From positions 110,602 through 142,601 of the forward strand of contig JBBABY010000002.1 in assembly GCA_041657425.1 (NCBI GenBank): 32,000 bases of DNA, given 5' to 3'. Positions 1-8,484 of the stretch are shown here, piece by piece (position 1 is the stretch's first letter; each line of letters opens with the position of its first letter). The notes beneath the pieces were generated by a model. That model was not told where the DNA came from. It did no database searches and was given only the letters and a program-made list of their open reading frames with translations. The position numbers and the translations under genes are program-made. The stretch comes from an archaeon. GTDB taxonomy: Archaea; Iainarchaeota; Iainarchaeia; Iainarchaeales; CSSED10-239.

Positions 1-62
1 ATTCCAGAATTAACAACTCTTCCGTCTTCAAAATATTTCTTTTCGGTTTTATTATATATCAT
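1..62 (-). CDS. 5' end of an unidentified CDS running off the left edge (MIYNKTEKKYFEDGRVVNSG...)
   Basis: ATG at 62..60 lies 12 nt after the stop of the upstream minus-strand gene. The frame is open to position 1. Only 20 codons are visible and there is no motif. Confidence 0.3.
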   Translation of the reverse strand, partial: MIYNKTEKKYFEDGRVVNSG

Positions 63-74
63 TTCAATCAAATA

Positions 75-920
75 TTATTTATCTAAAATCCAATAAGAAA
101 ATCTAGATTTCCAGTTCTTCCAATTGTCTGGATATGTTTTTCTTTCTTCTTTTTTAATTACTGATTTCTTTACAATTAAAGGTTTACTTATGTTTTCAAA
201 TTCAATAATGTAGGAATAAAGATGAGTATAACTTTCTTTTTCTAAACTTGACTTCCATTGCTTGATATTATATTTCTTAAAGTCTTTGAAAAATACTTCT
301 AAAGGTAGTGGCTTTGAATACATACTTGTTAGTTTAAAACGTCCTTTCTTAAAATTAGATTTAATATATTCTTCAAGTAAACTTGTTTTAGAATCACCAA
401 GAGATAAAGTGTACATATACATCTTACCATTTGGTTTTAGATGATTGTTAATAGAATCAAATATCTTTTTTACAAGATAGAAACCATCAATTCCACCATT
501 AGAATGTAATGCTGCTTTTATGTTTTTAGGAACTGGAACAAATGGAGGATTAGTTAATATGTAATCAAACTTTTCATTTTTAACAGTGTTAAACAAATCT
601 CCTTTTCTAAATTCAATATTTGTTAATCCATTTCTATAAGCGTTTCTTTTTGAAAAATCAATTGCTTTTGAAGAGATGTCTGAAAGTACTACTTTTGAAG
701 CATTATCAGAAGAATAAATTCCAAGAACTCCACTCCCTGAACATAAATCCAGAACAGTTGAATTCTTCTTAACCTTCATATGATCAATAAGATAATGAAT
801 ACCAGAACCTGCATAAATTGGAAGAACAGAATCAAATATTTTATTGTCTTTTCTATCTGTTTCAATAACTTTATTTTTGTAAATAAATAGTTCTGTGTCT
901 TTCTGAGTAATTATTTTCAT
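75..920 (-). CDS. class I SAM-dependent methyltransferase, HemK/PrmC-like small-domain type
   Basis: Motif I is VLDLCSGSGVLG and motif IV is ILTNPPFVP (NPPF). This layout is typical of N5-glutamine/N6-adenine type methyltransferases. Confidence 0.8.
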   Translation of the reverse strand: MKIITQKDTELFIYKNKVIETDRKDNKIFDSVLPIYAGSGIHYLIDHMKVKKNSTVLDLCSGSGVLGIYSSDNASKVVLSDISSKAIDFSKRNAYRNGLTNIEFRKGDLFNTVKNEKFDYILTNPPFVPVPKNIKAALHSNGGIDGFYLVKKIFDSINNHLKPNGKMYMYTLSLGDSKTSLLEEYIKSNFKKGRFKLTSMYSKPLPLEVFFKDFKKYNIKQWKSSLEKESYTHLYSYIIEFENISKPLIVKKSVIKKEERKTYPDNWKNWKSRFSYWILDK

Positions 921-938
921 AATTAATTCATCCCAAAA

Positions 939-2228
939 CTAGAAAATATCATTTCTTTTAATTTCTATTTTTCCAAACATATATTTATGTAAAACCTTTG
1001 GAATCTTTATTGTTCCGTCTTTTGTTTGATGATTTTCTAGAATTGCAACAAGAGCACGAGAGGTTGCAACAGCTGTGTCGTTAAGTGTGTGAACATAATA
1101 TTTCTCGCCTTGCTTTGTCTTTGCTTTAATATTCAAACGAACTGCTTGGGCTCCTGTAAGGTTACTACAAGAAGCAACTTCAATATACTTCTGGCTTCTT
1201 GGAGACCACACTTCAACGTCTGCACTTCTATACTTTAAGTCTCCTAAATCTCCAGTACAAATTTCAAGTGTTCTTGTTGGAAGTTCAAGAGATGTAAAAA
1301 TCTTAACTGTGTTTTTTAGAAGTTCATCATACATCTTTTCTGATTCTTCTGGTTTACAAATAACAATCTGCTCCACCTTATCAAATTGATGTAATCTAAA
1401 TAATCCTCTTTCATCAAGACCATGAGAACCAATTTCTTTTCTAAAACAAGAAGAATAACTAAACATCTTTATTGGTAATTTTTCTTCATCAATTGCTTTA
1501 TCAACAAACATAGAGATTAATGGATGCTCTGATGTTGCAATCATATAAAGGTCTTCACCTTCAATCTTGTAAGCCATATCTTTAAAGAAAGAAAAATCTA
1601 CAGAACCTTCACAAGCTCTTTTATTAATCATTAATGGTGGAAGAACATAAGTAAATCCTTTCTTATATAAAAAATCTTGAGCATAGTTGATTAGTGCTCT
1701 GTTTAATAGTGCTAGATCACCTTTAAGATAATAAAATCCTTTACCTGAAGTAGTTCTTGAAGCTTCAAAGTCTGCGATATTAAGTTTTTCTGCAATCTCT
1801 CCGTGGTTGATTACTTCAAAATCTTTCTTAACTGGCTCTCCAAATCTTTTAATTTCTTTATTTTCAGTATCGTCTTTACCGATTGGTGTTTTCTTAGAAA
1901 TGATGTTTGGTATCTTCTTTTGAATATCAATTATTTTTTCATAAAGTTCTTTTTGCTTATCATCTATTTCTTTAATCTTATCTGGTAACTCTCTTGCTTC
2001 TTTTAAAAGATCATCAACTGAAAGTCCTTTCTGTTTATTAATTGCAATATTATCAGTTACAGAATTTCTTTTATGCTTTAAATCGTTAGCAACCATTACT
2101 CCTTTTCTATAGTCTTCATCTAACAAAATTAGTTCATCAACTAAAGGAAGAAGAAAATCTTTTCCTTTCTTTCTAATATTTTCTTTAACTTTTTTTGTAT
2201 TTTCTCTTATAAATTTTAATTCTAACAT
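939..2228 (-). CDS. serS: seryl-tRNA synthetase
   Basis: 429 aa. It has the N-terminal coiled-coil arm (MLELKFIRENTKKVKENIRKKG...) and a class II catalytic core (FRKEIGSHGLDERGLFRLHQFDKVE, TLNDTAVATSRALVAILENHQ). Confidence 0.95.
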   Translation of the reverse strand: MLELKFIRENTKKVKENIRKKGKDFLLPLVDELILLDEDYRKGVMVANDLKHKRNSVTDNIAINKQKGLSVDDLLKEARELPDKIKEIDDKQKELYEKIIDIQKKIPNIISKKTPIGKDDTENKEIKRFGEPVKKDFEVINHGEIAEKLNIADFEASRTTSGKGFYYLKGDLALLNRALINYAQDFLYKKGFTYVLPPLMINKRACEGSVDFSFFKDMAYKIEGEDLYMIATSEHPLISMFVDKAIDEEKLPIKMFSYSSCFRKEIGSHGLDERGLFRLHQFDKVEQIVICKPEESEKMYDELLKNTVKIFTSLELPTRTLEICTGDLGDLKYRSADVEVWSPRSQKYIEVASCSNLTGAQAVRLNIKAKTKQGEKYYVHTLNDTAVATSRALVAILENHQTKDGTIKIPKVLHKYMFGKIEIKRNDIF

Positions 2229-2292
2229 AGATTAATCACATTTTAATTACTAATATACTATAAAACAATAGAATAAAAGAATATAAAAAGCT

Positions 2293-2955
2293 TTATTTTA
2301 TGAAACTTTTCTGTGCTTTTAAGGCCTTAGTAATTATTCTTCTTGCTAAGAAATTATTTAGAAAATTATTAAATAAAATATTATATCCCACAATATTACC
2401 TTGATGTTTAGATAACTCTAGTTTCCAAGCATTTGTTAAATCAACTAGATCTTTCTTATCAATTGTAATATAATGTGTGTCTTTAGAATCTACGCGCACA
2501 CTTGTAGATTTCTCCCCAATAAAATTATCAATATTTGTTCCTTTTAATCTAAGATTATCTGAAATTGTTATTGGTTGTTTGTCGCCTATATTTGAATTAA
2601 ATGAAACTGCAATTACTGGTTTATTTTTTTCATCATAACTAATTCTAGGCATGTGGTTTTTATCAAGAGTATATTCAAAATTACTATATCTAAATGCATA
2701 GCCCATAGCAACTATTATTGAATTTCCAATCCTAGAGATATATTTTCTAGTTGATTCTCTATTAAGAAAATTAGAATCTATTACTACAGAATTATGAAAA
2801 GGATTATAAAGTTCTTTTCTATGATCTGATTGTTTTTGATTAACTTCATGAAGTTCATTAGATCCTCTAACTGCAATACTCCCATAGTCCTTTAATTTTT
2901 TTCTAACTAATGGCAAAGTGGTTTTAGATCTTGTCGCTCTTCTTAATGCTACCAT
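2293..2955 (-). CDS. hypothetical protein
   Basis: Long ORF of 220 aa in a coding-dense context. I recognise no motif. Confidence 0.55.
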   Translation of the reverse strand: MVALRRATRSKTTLPLVRKKLKDYGSIAVRGSNELHEVNQKQSDHRKELYNPFHNSVVIDSNFLNRESTRKYISRIGNSIIVAMGYAFRYSNFEYTLDKNHMPRISYDEKNKPVIAVSFNSNIGDKQPITISDNLRLKGTNIDNFIGEKSTSVRVDSKDTHYITIDKKDLVDLTNAWKLELSKHQGNIVGYNILFNNFLNNFLARRIITKALKAQKSFIK

Positions 2956-3022
2956 AATAGAAATAGATAAACAAAGAATATTTAAATTTATTTAAAAAAT
3001 AGAAACTAAAAAGAAAGAGAAA

Positions 3023-3616
3023 CTATTTCTTCTCTTCTTCGTCTTCATCATCGTCGCAATCTTCACAATCGCACTCATCGTCTTCGCATTCGTGGTCGTC
3101 TTCTCCGCATTCACCGTGACAGCTTGAACAACTTCCTCCACAACTGTGTGCTTCAAGTTCTTCGTCCATCTTTGCTGCTTCTGCCTCTGAAAGTACTTCA
3201 ATTAACTTAACTTTAAATGTAAGATTCTTTCCTGCAAGTGGGTGATTTAATATTGCATCAATTGTTGTTTCATCAATCTTAACGATTTCAATAGCTAATG
3301 GACCCATTCCTGACATTACAACAATTTCTTTGCCTTCTTGTAAGTCACTTATGCTGTTTAATAGTTCCTTTGGAATCTTTGCAACTTCTGTGTTCTTAGG
3401 ACCGTATCCTTCTTCAGGAGTTACCTTAATATCTTTTTCTTCTCCTGATTTCATTCCGATTACTCCGTCTTCAAACCCTGGAATAACCATACCAATACCA
3501 ACTTTAAACTTTAATGGATCTCTACCTTTACTAGAATCAAACATTGTTCCATCATCTAATAAACCATCATATTCAACTACTATCCAATCATTCTCTTTAA
3601 CACTCATACGTATCAT
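3023..3616 (-). CDS. slyD: FKBP-type peptidyl-prolyl cis-trans isomerase, SlyD-like, with acidic Cys/His-rich C-terminal tail
   Basis: FKBP core (VEYDGLLDDGTMFDSS...PLKFKVGIGMVIPGFEDGV...LAGKNLTFKVKL) with an insert-in-flap region. The 41-aa tail is HSCGGSCSSCHGECGEDDHECEDDECDCEDCDDDEDEEEKK. AGGAG lies 5 nt upstream of the ATG at 3616. Confidence 0.9.
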   Translation of the reverse strand: MIRMSVKENDWIVVEYDGLLDDGTMFDSSKGRDPLKFKVGIGMVIPGFEDGVIGMKSGEEKDIKVTPEEGYGPKNTEVAKIPKELLNSISDLQEGKEIVVMSGMGPLAIEIVKIDETTIDAILNHPLAGKNLTFKVKLIEVLSEAEAAKMDEELEAHSCGGSCSSCHGECGEDDHECEDDECDCEDCDDDEDEEEKK

Positions 3617-3728
3617 TCAACTCCTTTTGTTTTTAAAAATAGAACTAATATATTTATGGTACAAACCTATTATAAAAGGTTTTATTTAATATAGAAAAAG
3701 ACCAACAAAACTTTGCTGGAAACTCTAC

Positions 3729-3938
3729 TTATTTTTTCATTTTATACACTAAAAGATATACAACTGCTGTAATGATACTGAAAAGAATTGCACAAATAAT
3801 CCAAATTGCTTTTGCACCATCTGATAATCCTTTATTATTTGTAAGAACATCATAGATTACCCATATTGCACAAATAAGAGCAAGTATTCCAACTACTGAA
3901 CCGAGTGCTCCAAAACCTGAACTAAATATTCCTGCCAT
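3729..3938 (-). CDS. small two-TM membrane protein, PLDc_N (phospholipase-D-nuclease N-terminal) like
   Basis: 69 aa with two hydrophobic helices. The pattern IWVIYDVL...KAIWIICAILFSIITAVVYLLVY resembles the PLDc_N small-protein family. Confidence 0.6.
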   Translation of the reverse strand: MAGIFSSGFGALGSVVGILALICAIWVIYDVLTNNKGLSDGAKAIWIICAILFSIITAVVYLLVYKMKK

Positions 3939-4011
3939 TTATTTTTCCCCCTAGTTTGATTATAAAACTATATATACACTTACGGCTCAGGAAGTTATAA
4001 AGTAGCTTATT

Positions 4012-4056
4012 TTACTCTAATTGAGTTCTACCATAGAATCCTTTTGGGAAGTAGAT
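4012..4056 (-). pseudogene. displaced duplicate of the livM 3' end (encodes IYFPKGFYGRTQLE-stop)
   Basis: The reverse complement reads ATC TAC TTC CCA AAA GGA TTC TAT GGT AGA ACT CAA TTA GAG TAA. These are the same 14 residues plus stop as the real livM end at 5364..5408. The first 32 nt are identical and the last four codons and the stop differ only synonymously. Confidence 0.85.
4025..4056. repeat. 32-bp perfect direct repeat, left copy (GTTCTACCATAGAATCCTTTTGGGAAGTAGAT)
   Basis: Exact match to 5377..5408, compared by eye base by base. Confidence 0.9.
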
Positions 4057-5123
4057 CAGTATTTATTTAAAATTATTTCTAAATGTTTTAAAAATTCTTT
4101 AGTATCTAAAAAATAATTGGGATATGCTTTTTTAAGATCTTGCATATTGTCAGCACTAACTAATACAACGTCATATTCGTTTCTATTATATATTTTCTTT
4201 TCTGCAGAAGAATATGCTAGGAGTGCTTCTTTTTCTTCTCTTTTAGTGAATGCAGAAATATTTAGTCTTTCAAGAACTGTATCTAATTCTAAAAGATAAA
4301 ATTGTATGTTTTTCTTTTTTTTAAAATTATCAAAGTATTTTACAGATTCAGTCCAGTGCTTCATTTTCTGTTTTACTTGTAACTTTTTTTCTAGTTCTTT
4401 AATTTGTAAATAAAGTTCTTTTTCATTCTGAGGTGTTTGAGAAATTATCGGAGTATTTTCTAGTCTTGCAAATGCGGAACTTACTAATTTAAAAAAAGCT
4501 TTCCAGTTTTCCTCTCCTTGATTAGATTTTATGGCTTGTCTTGTAAAAAAATCAACAGTTTCTACTGCTGTTGCCCAAAGGTGTTGTAATTTAGATCTTA
4601 TTTGCACTTCTACTAATAGACCATTATATTCTTTTTTTCCTTTATCGCTACTATATCTATATACTAAATGTATACTTCTATATCCATCTAATTTAGGGCT
4701 TGAAATATAATCTTTTACATTTACTTTTTTATGCTTTATATCCCCGTTATAATAATAGGTTTCATATAATTCTCTCACTTGTTTAATGTCCGACATCACA
4801 ACTCTACAACCAGCAATATCTTGCATTTGAGTTAATTTCATTGTAGGACAATTATCATTATATTTTCTATTTAGTTTTTTAAATATCGAAGAAATTCTTT
4901 TTAATCTTTGAGCAGAGAGTGCATTTTTGTCTATTTTTTCAGAAACTCTTTTTAATCTATTTTTAAATACTTGTAAGGGATAGTTATGCATTGTCTTCCA
5001 GCTATTCACAATTTCTAATGCTTCATCTATTTCTGCTGCAGAATGCTCTTTATTATCAGATAGAATTATAGCTGAATTATTTATTTTTGATTTTGAGATT
5101 TCGTTAATATCTAGTTGCTCCAT
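4056..5123 (-). CDS. RelA/SpoT-domain nucleotide pyrophosphokinase (small alarmone synthetase-like / possible toxSAS-like)
   Basis: RelA_SpoT synthetase motifs are present: MQDIAGCRVVM, DGYRSIHLVYRY, LLVEVQIRSKLQHLWATAVE. There is a ~100-aa N-terminal region and a ~130-aa predicted helical C-terminal region with no Cys. Confidence 0.85.
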   Translation of the reverse strand: MEQLDINEISKSKINNSAIILSDNKEHSAAEIDEALEIVNSWKTMHNYPLQVFKNRLKRVSEKIDKNALSAQRLKRISSIFKKLNRKYNDNCPTMKLTQMQDIAGCRVVMSDIKQVRELYETYYYNGDIKHKKVNVKDYISSPKLDGYRSIHLVYRYSSDKGKKEYNGLLVEVQIRSKLQHLWATAVETVDFFTRQAIKSNQGEENWKAFFKLVSSAFARLENTPIISQTPQNEKELYLQIKELEKKLQVKQKMKHWTESVKYFDNFKKKKNIQFYLLELDTVLERLNISAFTKREEKEALLAYSSAEKKIYNRNEYDVVLVSADNMQDLKKAYPNYFLDTKEFLKHLEIILNKY

Positions 5124-5376
5124 AATAATATATTATTGCATAACCTTTTTAAATATATCAAATTGCGCGGTTATCGTGTAAAAAAAGTGTCAAATTGCAA
5201 GGAGAATTAAAAAAATCTAATTTTCCTACTAACCTTTATATTTAAAGCATTACCAAACACAAGTACAAAAATCATTTTTAATTATTAAAAAATTTATGTC
5301 AAATTGCGCGTGCACTCCAAAAAAAAAATGCTGAATTGCGCAGACCCTAATTATCAACATTTACTATTCCAACTGC
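4057..5376. mobile_element. putative integrated single-gene cassette (RelA/SpoT-domain gene plus its 240-bp repeat-containing upstream region), no recombinase gene
   Basis: It is bounded by the 32-bp direct repeat that duplicates the 3' end of livM. The livM-proximal copy has GC-richer synonymous codons (ACG CAG TTG GAA TAG). The distal copy has AT-rich ones (ACT CAA TTA GAG TAA). Confidence 0.6.
5159..5343. promoter_or_regulatory. four direct copies of a CAAATTGCGCG-like 12-mer upstream of the RelA/SpoT gene
   Basis: The copies are CAAATTGCGCGG (5159), CAAATTGCAAGG (5191), CAAATTGCGCGT (5300) and TGAATTGCGCAG (5332). They form two pairs with 32-nt start-to-start spacing. The first copy abuts a TATA-like GATATATTTAAAAA (minus strand) about 25-40 nt before the ATG. 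Confidence 0.5.
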
Positions 5377-6236
5377 GTTCTACCATAGAATCCTTTTGGG
5401 AAGTAGATTAAGATTATCAAAAGCAAAAGAGCAAAAAGAATCTGTCTTCCTGGACCAACAATTGATGAAGGAAGACCAACAAATCTTAAAATTTCTGGAA
5501 TAAGTGTAAGAATGATTGTAGCTACTACTGTTCCTTCAATGGAAGCAAGTCCTCCAACAATAATTATTGAGATAACTGGGATAAGTGCCATGAAAGTAAA
5601 AGAAGAAGGGTCAATGAAAGTTATGAAGTGAACAAACAACGAACCTGCGATACCAGCAAAGACTGCAGAGATGATAAGCCCAATTGTTTTAATCTTAAAT
5701 GTATTTTTTCCAAGAGCCTTAACACAGTATTCATCATCTCTTGTTGCTTCAAGTAGTTTACCAAACTTAGAGTTTACTATTCTTTGAATAATAAAGTAAC
5801 AAGCAACAGTAACTATTACTGTAAATATTAGATAAGAAAGATTACTACGAAAAACTAAACCAAAGATGTCTGGTTTTGGTATTCCTGAAATCCCAAATGG
5901 CCCTCTTGTTAAGTCTATCCAGTTGATAAGAAGAGCATAGACAAGAAACGAAAACGCCATTGTCCCTAAGGCAAGATAATCTCCTTTAAGTTTATTTGTT
6001 GGTACTGAAAGGATTAGTGCTGCAACTCCTGCTATTATTCCTGCTAAGAGAAACGCAAGAAGGAAAGGGACACCATTCATCACAAGTATTGCTGAAGTGT
6101 AAGCTCCGATTCCAAAGAAAGCAATGTGACCAAAGTTAAGTAGTCCTGTGTAACCAATAGAAACTTGTAAAGCTAAACAAAGTATTAACTGTATTGCAAT
6201 AATAATTAACAAATGTATAAAATAATCAATAATCAT
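5364..6236 (-). CDS. livM: branched-chain amino acid ABC transporter permease, LivM-type
   Basis: Polytopic membrane protein with the LivM signature GYTGLLNFGHIAFFGIGAYTSAIL. Its start overlaps the livH stop by 4 nt. Confidence 0.9.
   Translation of the reverse strand: MIIDYFIHLLIIIAIQLILCLALQVSIGYTGLLNFGHIAFFGIGAYTSAILVMNGVPFLLAFLLAGIIAGVAALILSVPTNKLKGDYLALGTMAFSFLVYALLINWIDLTRGPFGISGIPKPDIFGLVFRSNLSYLIFTVIVTVACYFIIQRIVNSKFGKLLEATRDDEYCVKALGKNTFKIKTIGLIISAVFAGIAGSLFVHFITFIDPSSFTFMALIPVISIIIVGGLASIEGTVVATIILTLIPEILRFVGLPSSIVGPGRQILFALLLLIILIYFPKGFYGRTQLE
5377..5408. repeat. 32-bp perfect direct repeat, right copy (inside the livM 3' end)
   Basis: Exact match to 4025..4056. Confidence 0.9.
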
Positions 6237-7108
6237 TTATTATTCCACCCTTTGTTTTTTCCTAAGATTCCATTAGGCATAAATAATAAAAATATAAATA
6301 ATAACATAAATGCAATTGCATCTTTGTAACTAGATGGCAAGAACCATATTCCATAATTTTCTGTAATCCCTAAGAGAAACGAACCAATGATTGCTCCAGG
6401 AACAGAAGTTATCCCGCCAATGACTGCTCCAGTAAATCCTTTAATCATTAAATTACTTCCCATTGTTGGTTCAACATTTAGTTCTAGAGCAACTAGTACT
6501 CCTGCAACTGCTGCTAATACTGAACCAATAATGAAACTATATGCAAATAATTTCTTTGAAGAAATTCCCATCATTTCAATTAACTCTGGAGAATCAGCAA
6601 CTGCTCTAAATTCTTTTCCTAGTTTTGTTTTTTTCATGAAAAGTAATAGTCCAACTAACAAGGCAATAGAAGTTCCAATAATTATTAACTGAACAGGAGT
6701 GATTATTGCTCCCAGGAAATTAATACCATGTCTTTGGAAAGATTGTATAATTTTAACATCTGCTCCAAAGAAGATTAAGATTAATGATTCAATTAAAATT
6801 AACAAAGCAATACTTGCAATCAAGAGGATTGTTGGCGATGCCTTTCTGCTTCTTAGTTTATCATAAACTAGATAATTGATTAAAAAACCAAATCCACCGG
6901 CCACTATAAGAGTAACAATTATTGCAAGCCACAATGGTAAACCTAAAAGATTAAAAAAAGTAAATAACATATAACTAGAAACAACAATTACTGCTCCATG
7001 AGCAAAATGAACAAATTTGTTTGTAGAATAGATTAAAGAAAAACCACAAGCAACAAGAGCATATATTGCTCCAGCAATGAGTCCATTGATTAATAATTGT
7101 AAAAACAT
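6233..7108 (-). CDS. livH: branched-chain amino acid ABC transporter permease, LivH-type
   Basis: N-terminus MFLQLLINGLIAGAIYALVACGFSLIYSTNKFVHFAHGA is typical of LivH. Polytopic. Confidence 0.9.
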   Translation of the reverse strand: MFLQLLINGLIAGAIYALVACGFSLIYSTNKFVHFAHGAVIVVSSYMLFTFFNLLGLPLWLAIIVTLIVAGGFGFLINYLVYDKLRSRKASPTILLIASIALLILIESLILIFFGADVKIIQSFQRHGINFLGAIITPVQLIIIGTSIALLVGLLLFMKKTKLGKEFRAVADSPELIEMMGISSKKLFAYSFIIGSVLAAVAGVLVALELNVEPTMGSNLMIKGFTGAVIGGITSVPGAIIGSFLLGITENYGIWFLPSSYKDAIAFMLLFIFLLFMPNGILGKNKGWNNK

Positions 7109-7222
7109 TTGTTTTCTCTTCTTTCTTTAATCATCTTAATTTGATTAAAATATATATTAGAAAAAGATATATAAATGCTTGGAAAAAGAAAAAAGAAGAG
7201 CAAGGATTTGCTCTCTAAAAAT

Positions 7223-8368
7223 TTAGTTGTTTATGTATTTTATATTTCCATTTTCTATAGTTGCTTGAACTAATGGGAAACTAAACTCTCTTCCATTAAT
7301 ACTTGCGTCTCCATTGATTCCATTAAACTCTGTAATCTCTGAAAGCCCATCTTTTATTTCTGCTTTTGTATAGTTTGATTTTCCTATTGATTTTTTTATA
7401 AGATAAACTATATCATATCCTGTTGTAGCATAATGGTCTGCATCTTTATTGTATTTTGCTTTAAATTGTGTTTTAAAGTCTTCAGCTTTTGAGTCATCAT
7501 TTCTATATAATTCAGGAATTCCTGCATATGCTTTAACATTCATTTCATTTAATGCAGATCTAACATCCTTAAATGCTGCTGTTGATGGAATGAAAACTGC
7601 TACATTCATATCAAGTTCTTTACTTTGTTTTATTGAATTAATTATGTGACTACTAAAACCAACAAATAATATTGCATCTACATCTTGATATTTTAATTTA
7701 TTTAATTGAGTTCTAAAATCACTTGTAGATATTAAAAATGATTCGCCTACAACTTCTCCATTGTATTGTTCCTTTAATGTATTAAACATTGAAACTCCAA
7801 AATCATCATTTAAATATAAAACTCCTATTTTTTTTACACCTAAATCATTTGCGGCTTCTACAATTGGAGGAACTTCTTGTTTTGCTGTTGGAAAATATCT
7901 AAATGACCATTCATTTGTTGTTAAGTTTGGAACTGAAGCAATTGTTGCTATTACTGGTACTTGGTTTTGTTCTGCTAAAGGAACTACTGCCATTGCAACA
8001 GAACTCATTGCTGAAACAATAACTACTGGATCTTGAAGATTTGTCATATTATTGAAAGCTGCAACTCCTTCTTGAACATTTGATTTACTATCGCCTAGTA
8101 CTAAGACAACTTGTCTTCCGTTTATTCCACCTTTGGCATTAATTTCATCAACTGCCATAATCATGCCGTCTCTTATTTGTTCACCTGCAAAAGCTGTTGA
8201 ACCTGTAAGTGGTAAAACTGCACCCATCTTTATAATTTGTTCTTCTGGGGTCTTTAATACTAACAATCCTGTTATATTTGAATTAGATCCTATTATTGCA
8301 ACTAATAAAATTATAACTATTATTGCAATTGAAACTATTAACCAAATTTTATTTTTCATCGTTTTCAT
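7223..8368 (-). CDS. ABC substrate-binding protein 1, LivK-like (type I periplasmic-binding fold), N-terminal membrane anchor
   Basis: TM anchor IWLIVSIAIIVIILLVAIIG, then IKMGAVLPLTGSTAFAGEQIRDGMIMAVDEINAKGGINGRQV, typical of the Leu/Ile/Val-binding family. AAGGAG precedes the ATG. Confidence 0.85.
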   Translation of the reverse strand: MKTMKNKIWLIVSIAIIVIILLVAIIGSNSNITGLLVLKTPEEQIIKMGAVLPLTGSTAFAGEQIRDGMIMAVDEINAKGGINGRQVVLVLGDSKSNVQEGVAAFNNMTNLQDPVVIVSAMSSVAMAVVPLAEQNQVPVIATIASVPNLTTNEWSFRYFPTAKQEVPPIVEAANDLGVKKIGVLYLNDDFGVSMFNTLKEQYNGEVVGESFLISTSDFRTQLNKLKYQDVDAILFVGFSSHIINSIKQSKELDMNVAVFIPSTAAFKDVRSALNEMNVKAYAGIPELYRNDDSKAEDFKTQFKAKYNKDADHYATTGYDIVYLIKKSIGKSNYTKAEIKDGLSEITEFNGINGDASINGREFSFPLVQATIENGNIKYINN

Positions 8369-8435
8369 AAAAATCTCCTTTTTATTTTTTAACTGTGTAT
8401 AATTAACTTATGACTTTTCGGGTTATTATATTTGT

Positions 8436-8453
8436 GTAGTAAAAATTTACTAC
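8436..8453. promoter_or_regulatory. palindromic candidate operator GTAGTAA-N4-TTACTAC directly upstream of a TTTTTAAAG TATA-like box
   Basis: Perfect 7-bp inverted arms. It lies 32 nt before the TrmB start codon at 8485. The same arms recur at 10467..10485. Confidence 0.55.
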
Positions 8454-8484
8454 ATTTTTAAAGCTTTCTATATACTATATATTT

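Noticed and set aside
2992-3201. 69-aa minus-strand ORF overlapping the SlyD tail
   Set aside because: It lies in an alternative frame of the GC-richer tail-coding segment. It has no independent start context and is fully overlapped by a well-supported CDS.
3729-5123. RelA/SpoT gene plus the adjacent small membrane protein as a two-gene toxin-antitoxin pair
   Set aside because: The displaced livM terminus (4012..4056) lies between them. The small gene is therefore outside the inserted cassette and was presumably the original downstream neighbour of livM.
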